A DNA stretch of 32,000 nt from Candidatus Saccharimonadota bacterium (GTDB lineage: Bacteria; Patescibacteriota; Saccharimonadia; Saccharimonadales; Saccharimonadaceae). The notes beneath the pieces were generated by a model. The model was not told the origin of the DNA. It did no database searches and saw only the letters and a program-made list of their open reading frames with translations. The stretch is from NCBI GenBank assembly GCA_001029695.1, contig CP011211.1, positions 330,001 to 362,000 on the forward strand. Reading direction: 5' to 3'. Of the stretch, positions 14,498-23,246 are shown piece after piece. Positions within the stretch are counted from its first letter, which is position 1. Every line of letters starts with the position of its first letter. The position numbers and the translations under genes are program-made.

Positions 14498-16282
14498 CTA
14501 GGGAGTCTTATACACTTGACGCTGTTCAGCTGTCCAGAATCGAATATTCGAGTAACGGTCAATCGGTGAAATAAGTCGTTGGTCTTGGCCGATCGTACGA
14601 GTCATCTTGCTATGGACATAGCTGATATTTGATTGATACAGCCCGATCGCAGGTACGTCTGTAAGCCACTGCTTAGCAAAGGCCACGTACTTAACATTGC
14701 GTAGATCTTTCTCAGAGCGTACACGTGCACTTGCAAGCGCATCGTCACTCGTAGCATTACTGTAGTTTGCAAAGTTAAGGAGCCCCCGAGAGTGCCAATA
14801 CGCAAACACATCTGGATCTGCACCGATAGACAGTTCATCGATGAGTACGTCGTAATTTCGAGGCTGGAGCACTTGCTGAGCAAAACTCTGGTTCGATGTC
14901 GATGGATCAATCACCTCTGCTTCAACCTCAACACCGATCTTTCTCCACTGCCCAGCGAGTGTTTCAAGAGATTTCTCAAATTCTATATTTTTACGCGTCA
15001 CCATGCGTATCTTAAGCGACTGCCCTTCTTTTTTACGAATATTACCATCTAGGATCCATCCATCCGCCTGGAGCAATTCTGCCGCCCTGTTAGTATCCGC
15101 GGCGGCTGGTCGAGGTAAGTTTTCGCTCGTCACTTGGCCGTCAATAAAAGGCAGTGTCAGCTCCTTAGGTTCACCATATAGCTGCGATCGTAGTTTTTTG
15201 GTATCGCTCGCAAGCTGTAATGCTGAGCGGACACTCGTTGATTTTAAGTTGGGCTGTGTCGTATTGAAGATAGCGTAGACTCCGTTATTGACTGGCGTAT
15301 TGAGTATCTCATAACGCTTTGTGTCGATCGAACGAGCAACGTCGCTTGGGACATCGACAGCACCATTTACCTCACCTGTTCGAAGCGCAGTAGCAATTGT
15401 ATCGGATGTATCATACGCCGTCAGCAAGAATCTATCAAGCCGTGGCTGTCCTTTGTAATACTGCCTGTTCGCGTCAAGGTAAACGATCTTTTTGGTTTGA
15501 TTTCCTCCGATTGACTGCTGAAGACGAAATGCAAATGGCCCACTCCCTACTGGGTTACTGCTGAACGTATTTTCTCTGAGCGAATGAAGATCAACTTTTT
15601 CAAGGATATGTTGTGGCAAGATAGCAAATGTTAACGCCTGAGAAAAAGGTGCATACGCAGCTGGTAACGTGAACTGAACAGTATACTCACTCACCGCTTT
15701 TGCTTCTATATCTTTCCAGCTTGCGCTCATTGTCGAGCGTACCGCTGGGTTTTTCATAAGTTCAACGGTGTAGACGACGTCTTTTGCGGTTAACTTAAAA
15801 CCATCATGCCACTTTGCATCTGGCCGGAGTGTTACGGTGTAGGTTTTACCCGCCTCATCCATCTTGAGGTTTGTCGCAACATCACCCTTCAGATTACCCG
15901 TTGTATCATGGAGATATAGTGATGAAAATATCAGTCGGCTTGCAGAAAGCTCGGCACTGGTAGTTGCGTAGAGTGGATTCAATGTCGCCAGTGGGCCGCG
16001 AACCGCTTCGGCATACACGCCACCCTTACCTGGCGCCGATGTAAGATAGCTTTGCTGGAACCATAGCATCTGCATGCCAACTGCAGCGATCAAGAGTGCG
16101 ACGCCGACCATCCACGTAATAATATGACGACGAACATTTCTGATGTTATCCCAGCGTCCAACGATAAATTTATGCGCATGACGCATCGTAGCACCCTCAA
16201 CTTTTTTTGCTCGTCGAGAGATCGTCTTGCGATTTACATTCATTTTCTGAAATCGCTGCCACCCTCTTTCGTCATTTGCCAT
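14498..16282 (-). CDS. ABC transporter substrate-binding protein, family 5 (peptide/nickel type), membrane-anchored, 594 aa
   Basis: The length and motifs (LRPDAKWHDGFKLTAKDVVYT, SGPFAF, YYKGQPRLDRF, NYD..ID) fit OppA/DppA-like SBPs. A basic N-terminal extension of about 55 aa precedes one TM helix (IITWMVGVALLIAAVGMQMLWF) in place of a lipoprotein signal. No permease or ATPase genes are adjacent. Confidence 0.8.
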   Translation of the reverse strand: MANDERGWQRFQKMNVNRKTISRRAKKVEGATMRHAHKFIVGRWDNIRNVRRHIITWMVGVALLIAAVGMQMLWFQQSYLTSAPGKGGVYAEAVRGPLATLNPLYATTSAELSASRLIFSSLYLHDTTGNLKGDVATNLKMDEAGKTYTVTLRPDAKWHDGFKLTAKDVVYTVELMKNPAVRSTMSASWKDIEAKAVSEYTVQFTLPAAYAPFSQALTFAILPQHILEKVDLHSLRENTFSSNPVGSGPFAFRLQQSIGGNQTKKIVYLDANRQYYKGQPRLDRFLLTAYDTSDTIATALRTGEVNGAVDVPSDVARSIDTKRYEILNTPVNNGVYAIFNTTQPNLKSTSVRSALQLASDTKKLRSQLYGEPKELTLPFIDGQVTSENLPRPAAADTNRAAELLQADGWILDGNIRKKEGQSLKIRMVTRKNIEFEKSLETLAGQWRKIGVEVEAEVIDPSTSNQSFAQQVLQPRNYDVLIDELSIGADPDVFAYWHSRGLLNFANYSNATSDDALASARVRSEKDLRNVKYVAFAKQWLTDVPAIGLYQSNISYVHSKMTRTIGQDQRLISPIDRYSNIRFWTAEQRQVYKTP

Positions 16283-16298
16283 AGATATCAGCCTTCAT

Positions 16299-16526
16299 TT
16301 ATGAAGGGAGTAGAAGTCCCGTCAAGATCGAAAGTACAAAGATAACTGCAATCACTACAGTAGCCTCAAACAAGCTCTTGTCGAGTCCTCGGCGAGTTGT
16401 GTAAAGCTCTCCAGAGCTACCAAATCCAGCTCCGAGTGACGCTCCACGCTGTTGCAATAGAATCGTTGCGATCATCAAAATACCTGAGATTAAAGTTACA
16501 TACGGTAAAATACTTTCAATTGTCAT
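16299..16526 (-). CDS. secG: preprotein translocase subunit SecG, 75 aa
   Basis: A two-TM small protein with the characteristic LLQQRGASLGAGFGSSGE glycine-rich loop. Its ATG overlaps the upstream stop as ATGA, with GAGGA 6 nt upstream. Confidence 0.85.
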   Translation of the reverse strand: MTIESILPYVTLISGILMIATILLQQRGASLGAGFGSSGELYTTRRGLDKSLFEATVVIAVIFVLSILTGLLLPS

Positions 16527-16918
16527 ACTAATTCCTCTTTCTTACGCCCATGACTTAATTCAAGCGCGCTACTTACTATATAGTTTATCAGACTCAAGAT
16601 CATTCCCGTAAGAATCGAGTAGAAAAAGGACATCTGCAGGCCTGGTGCTAGTTTCAGTGAAATATAGACCATGAGACCATTAACGACAAGGATGAATAAT
16701 CCCAACGTAACGAGTATCGCAGGCAGGGATAATATAATAATAATCGGACGTAAAACACTGTTGATAATAGAGAAGATCAAACCTGCGAATAAAAATGCCC
16801 AATACCCGGCGTCGACCTGAGCGTCGCTATAGCCAGTGCCAAGAAGACGTACAGCTACCCACAATCCAAATGAGTTAAGCAGCCAACGAACGATAAATAC
16901 AGCAAATTGTTGTTTCAT
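16523..16918 (-). CDS. phage holin family protein (Holin_4_2 / DUF360-type membrane protein), 131 aa
   Basis: The pattern FIVRWLLNSFGLWVAVRLL ... INSVLRPIIIILSLPAILVTLGLFILVVNGLMVY ... matches the widespread DUF360/holin_4_2 four-TM family. The family name does not imply a prophage here. Confidence 0.75.
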   Translation of the reverse strand: MKQQFAVFIVRWLLNSFGLWVAVRLLGTGYSDAQVDAGYWAFLFAGLIFSIINSVLRPIIIILSLPAILVTLGLFILVVNGLMVYISLKLAPGLQMSFFYSILTGMILSLINYIVSSALELSHGRKKEELV

Positions 16919-16929
16919 GTAGTGTCTTT

Positions 16930-16958
16930 ATTATACCTGTCGCCTACAACTCTGTCGA
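16930..16958 (-). promoter_or_regulatory. internal promoter candidate TCGACA-17-TATAAT
   Basis: -35 is the reverse complement of 16953..16958, inside the aminopeptidase 3' end. -10 TATAAT is the reverse complement of 16930..16935, 11 nt upstream of the holin-family ATG. Confidence 0.45.
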
Positions 16959-18161
16959 GAGCTTCACGCTCATGTTGCGATACCCTGAATCGGTAATTAA
17001 GATATCATCCTCAATTCTTACACCAATCCCTTCTTCGGGAATGTAAATACCCGGCTCAACAGTGAGCACCATGCCAGACTGAAATTGCGTCGGCGCTCCA
17101 AGCGCATCATGCACATCAATCCCCAGCCCATGGCTGATCGCATGAGGAAAATATTGTCGATATGCTTCCTCGTCACTTAGCGATTCAATAAGACCCAGCT
17201 CCATAAGAGCGTTCTTCATGATCATATCTACCTGGTCGTGGTACTCGTGAATAGACAGACCTGGACTAAGCAGCTCGATGATTTCTTGTTGCGCAGACCT
17301 TACAGATGCATGCACGTCCCGTTGTCGCTTCGTTGCTTTTCCATAACTATACGTTCTCGTAATATCAGCAGCGTAGCCTTCACTTCGTGCGCCAATATCC
17401 ATCAATACAAGCGTGCCTTTTTTAAGTGCCGACTGATTATCACTATAGTGAAGCGTACAGGCGTTGCCGGCCGAGGCAATAATCGGATCATAGGCATGAC
17501 CTGCCGCGCCAACTTTTCTAAACTCATAGCTAAATTGCGCTTCTATCTCATACTCGTATTTATACGACAGAAGCGATGATTTGACAGTTTCAAATGCACT
17601 AGAAGTAAGATCGATTGCAGCCTGCATACTCGCGAGCTCATCATCGGACTTGATAGCACGAATCTTCTCGAGATCCGAACGAAAGTCCTGAACTTTCTCG
17701 AACAAACGAGATAATCGTTCATTCATTTCACGCGCAGCTGGGTTCATCGTAAAGTCAAAATTATCATGACGCGCAGGTCGACCAAGCGTATAAACAAATT
17801 TATGCGTGCGCGCTGATTGTTTGAGTAGATCGTCGGCTTCTTGACGACTAAGTACGTCGTTTATTCCACTTATAGTAGCTGCATCTTGCCGTGATAAACT
17901 ACCATCAAATAGCGCGTGCACCTCGTCAATATCTGGCGAAACCAGCCATGAACGTCCTCTAATTCCATCTATAATAATCCACCAATCTGGATGATCAATG
18001 CCTGTCGCATACCAAAAATTAGCCTCTTGCTCAAACTTAAATGCTGCATCATTACCTCGCTGCATTTGCGAATATGCCGGCAACACGAGCAATCCACCCT
18101 TGAGCGCTTTTAAGATTTTTTGGCGGTTTTCGTTAAAAAAGTGATGATCAAGATGTGCCAT
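16944..18161 (-). CDS. Xaa-Pro aminopeptidase (M24B family), 405 aa
   Basis: The pita-bread fold metal ligand motifs are present: VLMDIGARSEGYAADITRT, HGLGIDVHD, VEPGIYIP and VRIEDDILIT. The N-terminal creatinase-like domain is also present. Confidence 0.85.
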   Translation of the reverse strand: MAHLDHHFFNENRQKILKALKGGLLVLPAYSQMQRGNDAAFKFEQEANFWYATGIDHPDWWIIIDGIRGRSWLVSPDIDEVHALFDGSLSRQDAATISGINDVLSRQEADDLLKQSARTHKFVYTLGRPARHDNFDFTMNPAAREMNERLSRLFEKVQDFRSDLEKIRAIKSDDELASMQAAIDLTSSAFETVKSSLLSYKYEYEIEAQFSYEFRKVGAAGHAYDPIIASAGNACTLHYSDNQSALKKGTLVLMDIGARSEGYAADITRTYSYGKATKRQRDVHASVRSAQQEIIELLSPGLSIHEYHDQVDMIMKNALMELGLIESLSDEEAYRQYFPHAISHGLGIDVHDALGAPTQFQSGMVLTVEPGIYIPEEGIGVRIEDDILITDSGYRNMSVKLSTEL

Positions 18162-18178
18162 AAGCTGCTTTTAGAATA

Positions 18179-19726
18179 TCACAGATACGGTACGATGAGT
18201 GTCGTTTTTGCCTCACCAATACAGGCGACTAGCTGTGACCTCTCAGCCTCTTTGACTGCACGCAAACTACCAAATGTCTTGATTAGTTTTTTACGGGTTG
18301 ATGGTCCAATCCCAGGGATCTCTTCTAGCATACTCGCCGTCTGCTTCTGGCGCTTTAGTACTGTATGGTAGCTTACTGCAAATCTATGCGACTCATCCCG
18401 AACGCGCTGAAACAGCTTTACAACATCCGAATAGGCGTTGACTGTCGGCGCACCCCGTAAATTACGTGAATGAGAAGAGGCGTTTCGCTGCCCAGCGTGG
18501 AGATTTACAATATAATAATTACCACTGCTTTCGACAAAAACCCCTTCAATAGGCTCATCAAGCAAAGTCCTTATAAACGACACGTCTATATTTGAGCGAG
18601 TTTTATGTACGATAATCTCTTCTTCACGCTTAGCAATACTAATAATCGGAATTTTGACTTCATTTTGCTCCAGAGCGCTAATCGCAGCATCGAGCTGCCC
18701 CTTACCACCATCTACTAAAATAAAGTCAGGCACTCCCCAGTTTTTCATGTTCTTCTGGCTTGTCCGTCGCTGCAACGTTTCATTCATGTTGAAAGTATCG
18801 TTGTTATGCTCGATACGTGTTTTGAATTTTCTGTATTCTGCACGATTGCTCGTGCCATTTGTAAACACGACCATACTCGCGACAACATTTGTACCACCCA
18901 TATGACTAATGTCATATCCTTCGATTCGCACTGGAATTTTCGGCAAGCTCAGTAGATTTCTTAGATCACTTAATGCACGATCTTTACTAATATCGAGAAA
19001 CTCTTTATCTCCAAACATAATACGTCGCTGCAGCTCCCGAAGATCTCCTAGCTTATTACGAAGTGAAGCGGCCGTCTCAAAATCATGCAACCCCGCTGCG
19101 GTATGCATATCTCGTTCAATCTCTTTCATAAGTGTCTTTCGTCCACCCTCAAAATAGCGGATAAGCTTTCGCAGTGATGCTTTATATTCATCGCTCGAAG
19201 TGCCTGGACGAGGACTAAGTCCAATATGCGCATCAAGATCTGGACGAGCCCCATCTCTTGGCGGCTTCGTGTAATACGGGAATACTTTTCGCAAATAGCG
19301 AAGTGCTTTTTTAACAGCATAGCCATTGTAATATGGACCGAAATACTCTGCCTCATCATCCGCTGGATTACGAGTAAATGCGACATGCGGCCATTGACTC
19401 TTCATGTCAATACGCACGAACATCTGCGACTTATCATCTCGCAACAATATATTATACTGCGGCATATACCGCTTCACCATTTCCGACTCTAGAAAGAGAG
19501 CGTCGATTTCACTTTCGGTTTCGATCCAGTCGGTGTCATAAATTTCCGCAACAAGCGCACGAGTTTTTATGTCCATATCTCTGGTACTCTGAAAATACTG
19601 ACGAACACGATTCTTCAGTACAGCCGCCTTACCGACATAGATAATCTCACCGGATTTTGATTTGTGAAAATATACCCCAGCACTTCGCGGGAGAGTTTTT
19701 AGCTTAGCTTCTAGTTGAGCGTTCAT
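18179..19726 (-). CDS. uvrC: excinuclease ABC subunit C (compact form), 515 aa
   Basis: It has a GIY-YIG domain (GVYFHKSKSGEIIYVGKAAVLKNRVRQYF ... YNILLRDDK), a UVR motif (FETAASLRNKLGDLRELQ), an endonuclease domain (IEGYDISH ... DGGKGQL) and a C-terminal (HhH)2 (IPGIGPSTRKKLIKTFGSLRAV). It is shorter than the ~600 aa typical of UvrC. Confidence 0.9.
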   Translation of the reverse strand: MNAQLEAKLKTLPRSAGVYFHKSKSGEIIYVGKAAVLKNRVRQYFQSTRDMDIKTRALVAEIYDTDWIETESEIDALFLESEMVKRYMPQYNILLRDDKSQMFVRIDMKSQWPHVAFTRNPADDEAEYFGPYYNGYAVKKALRYLRKVFPYYTKPPRDGARPDLDAHIGLSPRPGTSSDEYKASLRKLIRYFEGGRKTLMKEIERDMHTAAGLHDFETAASLRNKLGDLRELQRRIMFGDKEFLDISKDRALSDLRNLLSLPKIPVRIEGYDISHMGGTNVVASMVVFTNGTSNRAEYRKFKTRIEHNNDTFNMNETLQRRTSQKNMKNWGVPDFILVDGGKGQLDAAISALEQNEVKIPIISIAKREEEIIVHKTRSNIDVSFIRTLLDEPIEGVFVESSGNYYIVNLHAGQRNASSHSRNLRGAPTVNAYSDVVKLFQRVRDESHRFAVSYHTVLKRQKQTASMLEEIPGIGPSTRKKLIKTFGSLRAVKEAERSQLVACIGEAKTTLIVPYL

Positions 19727-19735
19727 CTACTATAT

Positions 19736-19744
19736 AGTATAGCA
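19736..19744 (-). promoter_or_regulatory. extended -10 element TGCTATACT upstream of uvrC
   Basis: The reverse complement of 19736..19744 is TGCTATACT. It ends 9 nt before the uvrC ATG, with no SD. It sits in the 26-nt gap after the hydrolase gene. Confidence 0.5.
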
Positions 19745-19752
19745 ATTTATCG

Positions 19753-20913
19753 TTATTTACCTTGCGCGAGATCGGGGACGTGAGCGTCTCGAGGCTCTGG
19801 CCGCCAATTACCGAGCGGTACAATATACGTCTCTATTGCTTGATTGTATTCTTCGGGTCGTTGATTTGGGTTGGCGTGGCCGGTATCATTTAACGCAACG
19901 ACAGAGAGATTTCTTGTAATTTTTCTCATCTGATCTTCGACATAATCTACATCTATAACAGTGTCGTTCTCTCCTCTTTCCGGCCTCATCAAGGCGATCT
20001 CAGGTAAACGCTTGCCAACTTTAGGCTGCGTGAGAGCGCGTACATCGTCACCCATACGTGATGAGACGATGGTCAGGAACTGAGACTCTATTAAACGGTT
20101 GCTTGCTATGTCATGAGGGAATATTTTTTCTCGCAAAACCTCATCCGTTGCTTCGAAAAACGCTCGCTGATCAATATCAAGATCGACGTATGAGCCGTTA
20201 ATAAAACGGTCACTGCGCGCACCCATCTCTACTGCAAAGCGAAGCAATCGACTATCACGTGCACCAGGAACAAGCCCAATATAACGGGCCATCGTCTCAC
20301 CTTGTTCTCTCGCATCGGACCGTACAGCATCAATATCAAATGCTGGACAATCAAGCACTACGGCCGGAACATCTAGATCCGTCTCCTCATAGATATGCCG
20401 GGCGGCCTTAGATGCGTTGATACCACCCATGCTATGTCCGTCGGGTATAATCTTCGAGATACCCTCCGCCTTTGCCTTCTTCAGGATAAGCTGCGTGATG
20501 ACATCCACATCTATTCCTTCGTTGTCATACTGGATCGCCCACACATTACCCATTTTTCTATATGCATTCAAACTTTTCGCCGTCTCAACCCCATCGAGAT
20601 TGCCGAGCCCCGCAAGCACGACAACAGCAGTATCGTCTTTTATAAGATTTTCTGGTTCATAGATATCATGGAGCACTGGCTGTGTTTGAGATAGTCGTTC
20701 GCGCTCCGGAAGAACATCATGCTGCCAATATTGCATAAACACAGCACCTGTTACGGCTCCGACAGCAAGCGCACCCAAGGCACTTCGCGCGGCTCTACGC
20801 ACCCAAGGCTGGCTGTCGGCAAGTAGCCTCGTTTCATGCATACGACGCCTCCGAGACGCGTCGTCATAATCACTCACCGTGCTCGGAGGGCGCATGATCT
20901 CATTAGGACGCAT
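19753..20913 (-). CDS. membrane-anchored alpha/beta-hydrolase-like protein (putative esterase/lipase), 386 aa
   Basis: The nucleophile elbow GHSMGG, a candidate catalytic His near the C-terminus (DTGHANP), and one TM helix after an Arg-rich N-terminus (ALGALAVGAVTGAVFM). The specific family is not recognised. An alternative start lies at M7. Confidence 0.55.
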   Translation of the reverse strand: MRPNEIMRPPSTVSDYDDASRRRRMHETRLLADSQPWVRRAARSALGALAVGAVTGAVFMQYWQHDVLPERERLSQTQPVLHDIYEPENLIKDDTAVVVLAGLGNLDGVETAKSLNAYRKMGNVWAIQYDNEGIDVDVITQLILKKAKAEGISKIIPDGHSMGGINASKAARHIYEETDLDVPAVVLDCPAFDIDAVRSDAREQGETMARYIGLVPGARDSRLLRFAVEMGARSDRFINGSYVDLDIDQRAFFEATDEVLREKIFPHDIASNRLIESQFLTIVSSRMGDDVRALTQPKVGKRLPEIALMRPERGENDTVIDVDYVEDQMRKITRNLSVVALNDTGHANPNQRPEEYNQAIETYIVPLGNWRPEPRDAHVPDLAQGK

Positions 20914-20960
20914 CTCTATATCCCATACGTGTGACTATCATACGCTCAGCGTATATATTT

Positions 20961-20969
20961 TGCTATACT
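20961..20969 (+). promoter_or_regulatory. extended -10 element TGCTATACT, leaderless arrangement
   Basis: TGCTATACT lies at 20961..20969, and the hexamer ends 8 nt before the ATG at 20978. No SD is present. Confidence 0.5.
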
Positions 20970-20977
20970 AGAAAGAT

Positions 20978-21748
20978 ATGATTCATCAACTAAAACTATT
21001 CCGTATCTTTTTAATTGCCTTCGTAATTTCACTCATTGTCGTTGCGATTAAATACACACTTCACGCATTTAATCTCGAGCCGATTGAACAAAGCTCTCTT
21101 CACAACAGTGTCTCATCTGGAGTATTCTTCGTTGTTGGTTTTATCTTGTCGGCAACCATTTCTGACTACAAAGAGAGCGAAAAAATCCCATCAGAGTTCT
21201 CATCAAATGTTGAAAATATGTTTGAAGATGCAGTGTCCGTACACGAACTATACCCTGACTTTGATATCGACGGTTTTCGAGAACAGCTCCGAACGATCCT
21301 AGGATCTTTTAGTAGTGATGTCCGAAACAAATCACATGCTACACGCAAACATATCCATGCACTCAACCCCTATTTCAATCAGATGGAGACAGCGAAAGTT
21401 CCGGCAAACTTTATCGTCAAACTAAAGACGCAGCAGTCAGCACTCTTACGAAATGTATTTCGTGTTAACTACATTCAGCGCATTAAATTCATTCCCTCAG
21501 CTACAATTCTTGCACGCTCGATCGTACTACTCTTAATCGCCATGCTCACGCTTACGAACATCGATCCTTTCTACGGAGGACTTGTCATCGTAGGGCTTAT
21601 TACGTTTATCCTCACCTATATGCTCATTCTGATTCAGGTCATCAGTACGCCATTTCATGCTGAGGGTAGGACGCGAGATGACGTCAGTCTTTTCCTCACG
21701 ACTGACGTCAAACGATACCTCGGAACCCGTTCTTCTAGTGAGAAGTAA
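20978..21748 (+). CDS. integral membrane protein, possibly bestrophin-like (UPF0187/YneE-type), 256 aa
   Basis: It has two N-terminal TM helices, a helical middle region, two further TM helices, and a PF-containing C-terminal segment (ISTPFHAEG). This parallels the YneE layout (FLGFRNN..Y..Y, then EDPFG), but the similarity is weak and judged by eye. Its 3' end overlaps the convergent MFS gene by 14 nt. Confidence 0.4.
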   Translation: MIHQLKLFRIFLIAFVISLIVVAIKYTLHAFNLEPIEQSSLHNSVSSGVFFVVGFILSATISDYKESEKIPSEFSSNVENMFEDAVSVHELYPDFDIDGFREQLRTILGSFSSDVRNKSHATRKHIHALNPYFNQMETAKVPANFIVKLKTQQSALLRNVFRVNYIQRIKFIPSATILARSIVLLLIAMLTLTNIDPFYGGLVIVGLITFILTYMLILIQVISTPFHAEGRTRDDVSLFLTTDVKRYLGTRSSSEK

Positions 21749-23156
21749 CTACCGCCTCGTCTACTGAAGAATTACTATCTTTCTTAGGTACTTTGATGAC
21801 AAATACAGCGACGAGAAGCGCACCAACCATCAGTACGGCCGATGCCGCAAAAGCTGCATGATAACCTTGTAGCTGTGCTTCAGGAGATTGAACTCCACCA
21901 GCGGCAAATGCCGCCACGCCTGCAAGTAGTGCGACACCAAGCGCTCCGCCAATTTGCTGTGACGTATTGATAAGTCCCGACACAAGCCCCGACTCACGAG
22001 CCGGCACACCGGAAGTTGCCGCAAGTATCGCACTCAGGAAGAAAACACTCATACCAGCTGGTATCAATATAATACTCGGAAGTATATTGACTATATAACT
22101 CCCGTTAAGAGGTAACGCCGTTAGCAAAGAAATCCCTATTGTTGGAAGTAACGTACCTACGATGAGCAGCTTCTTAATGCCAAATCGCTTCACCAATTTC
22201 GGAGCATGCCACGAAATAAAGCCAAGGATAACCGGGAACGGCGCGAATGCCAAACCACTCTCAATTGGAGTAAACTTCAAAATGTTCTGCATATAGAGCG
22301 ACATAAAGAAGAACATTCCTAGCATCCCCGCCATCGCTGGAATCATGATCAGGTTACCACCTACAACATTTCGAAGACGGAACACCGATAGAGGGACGAG
22401 TGGATGCTTTACCTTTGACTCATTGTAGACAAACGCAATTATCAGTAGAATCGAAGCAACAAAAGTAACGACGACAGATGCATCTAAAATGCCTAGTTCC
22501 GGAGCTTGGCTGATCGAATAAACTAGTGCGATCAACCCTGTCGTAATAAGCAATGCACCTGGTATGTCGAGATTTTTATCGCTCTCCTCTTTGATGTGAG
22601 CTGGGACATATTTATAGATTCCTATGGCTGCCAAGATACCAAACGGTACATTGACAAAAAAGTCCCAGTGCCAACCGAACAGCTGCGTCAGTACACCACC
22701 AAGAAGCACGCCTGCAGCTGCGCCACCTGAGGCAACAATACTCCAAACACTTAGGGCGCGATTGCGCTCAGGACCTTCACTAAATGTCGTAAGTAAAACT
22801 GACATCGCCGCAGGAGACATAAATGCCGCAGTCAGACCCTGCAGTGCACGCAACACGATAAATGACTCACTCGACTGGGAAAGTCCGATAAGCAGCGACG
22901 TAGCAGTAAAGCCGATAAGCCCCGTTAGCAGTACTTTTCGACGACCGAATAAATCGGCCGCTCTACCACCCAGCAGCAAAAATCCACCAAACGTCAACAC
23001 ATACGCCGTAAGGATCCATTGCAAAGACGCATCAGTAAAACCAAGCGATTCTTTGATCGCTGGGAGAGCGACATTTACGATAGAGCTATCGAGCACCACC
23101 AAAAATTGCGTCAGCGCCAGCAATATTAATACTATTATTTTTTTCTTTTGTCTCAT
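21735..23156 (-). CDS. MFS transporter, DHA2 (EmrB/QacA-like, 14-TMS) family, 473 aa
   Basis: LDSSIVNVALPAI, GGRAADLFGRRKVLL (motif A) and about 14 predicted TM segments. I place the start at ATG 23156 (MRQKKK), which has GGAGGG 3 nt upstream. The upstream ATG at 23189 lies only 4 nt from the likely -10. Confidence 0.85.
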   Translation of the reverse strand: MRQKKKIIVLILLALTQFLVVLDSSIVNVALPAIKESLGFTDASLQWILTAYVLTFGGFLLLGGRAADLFGRRKVLLTGLIGFTATSLLIGLSQSSESFIVLRALQGLTAAFMSPAAMSVLLTTFSEGPERNRALSVWSIVASGGAAAGVLLGGVLTQLFGWHWDFFVNVPFGILAAIGIYKYVPAHIKEESDKNLDIPGALLITTGLIALVYSISQAPELGILDASVVVTFVASILLIIAFVYNESKVKHPLVPLSVFRLRNVVGGNLIMIPAMAGMLGMFFFMSLYMQNILKFTPIESGLAFAPFPVILGFISWHAPKLVKRFGIKKLLIVGTLLPTIGISLLTALPLNGSYIVNILPSIILIPAGMSVFFLSAILAATSGVPARESGLVSGLINTSQQIGGALGVALLAGVAAFAAGGVQSPEAQLQGYHAAFAASAVLMVGALLVAVFVIKVPKKDSNSSVDEAVVTSH

Positions 23157-23189
23157 GAACCCTCCAAGATGCTTTTGTAATGTAATCAT

Positions 23190-23201
23190 TGTATTTATAC
23201 A
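23190..23201. promoter_or_regulatory. inverted repeat TGTAT-TT-ATACA, candidate MarR operator
   Basis: It lies in the 90-bp divergent MFS/marR spacer and overlaps the likely MFS -10 (TATAAA, the reverse complement of 23194..23199). Confidence 0.3.
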
Positions 23202-23246
23202 TAGTTTATTTTATCAAGTATTTACTTATTGTAGTATACTAGAGGC

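Noticed and set aside
16523-16918. Possible prophage or lysis cassette suggested by the 'phage holin family' name
   Set aside because: The gene is embedded between secG and an aminopeptidase and translationally coupled to secG. No endolysin, integrase or structural genes are nearby. This DUF360-type family is common in chromosomal housekeeping contexts.
18179-19726. UvrC being about 90 aa shorter than the E. coli protein, as a possible truncation or pseudogene
   Set aside because: All four functional modules (GIY-YIG, UVR, endonuclease and HhH2) are present in a single intact frame, so it is compact rather than degraded.
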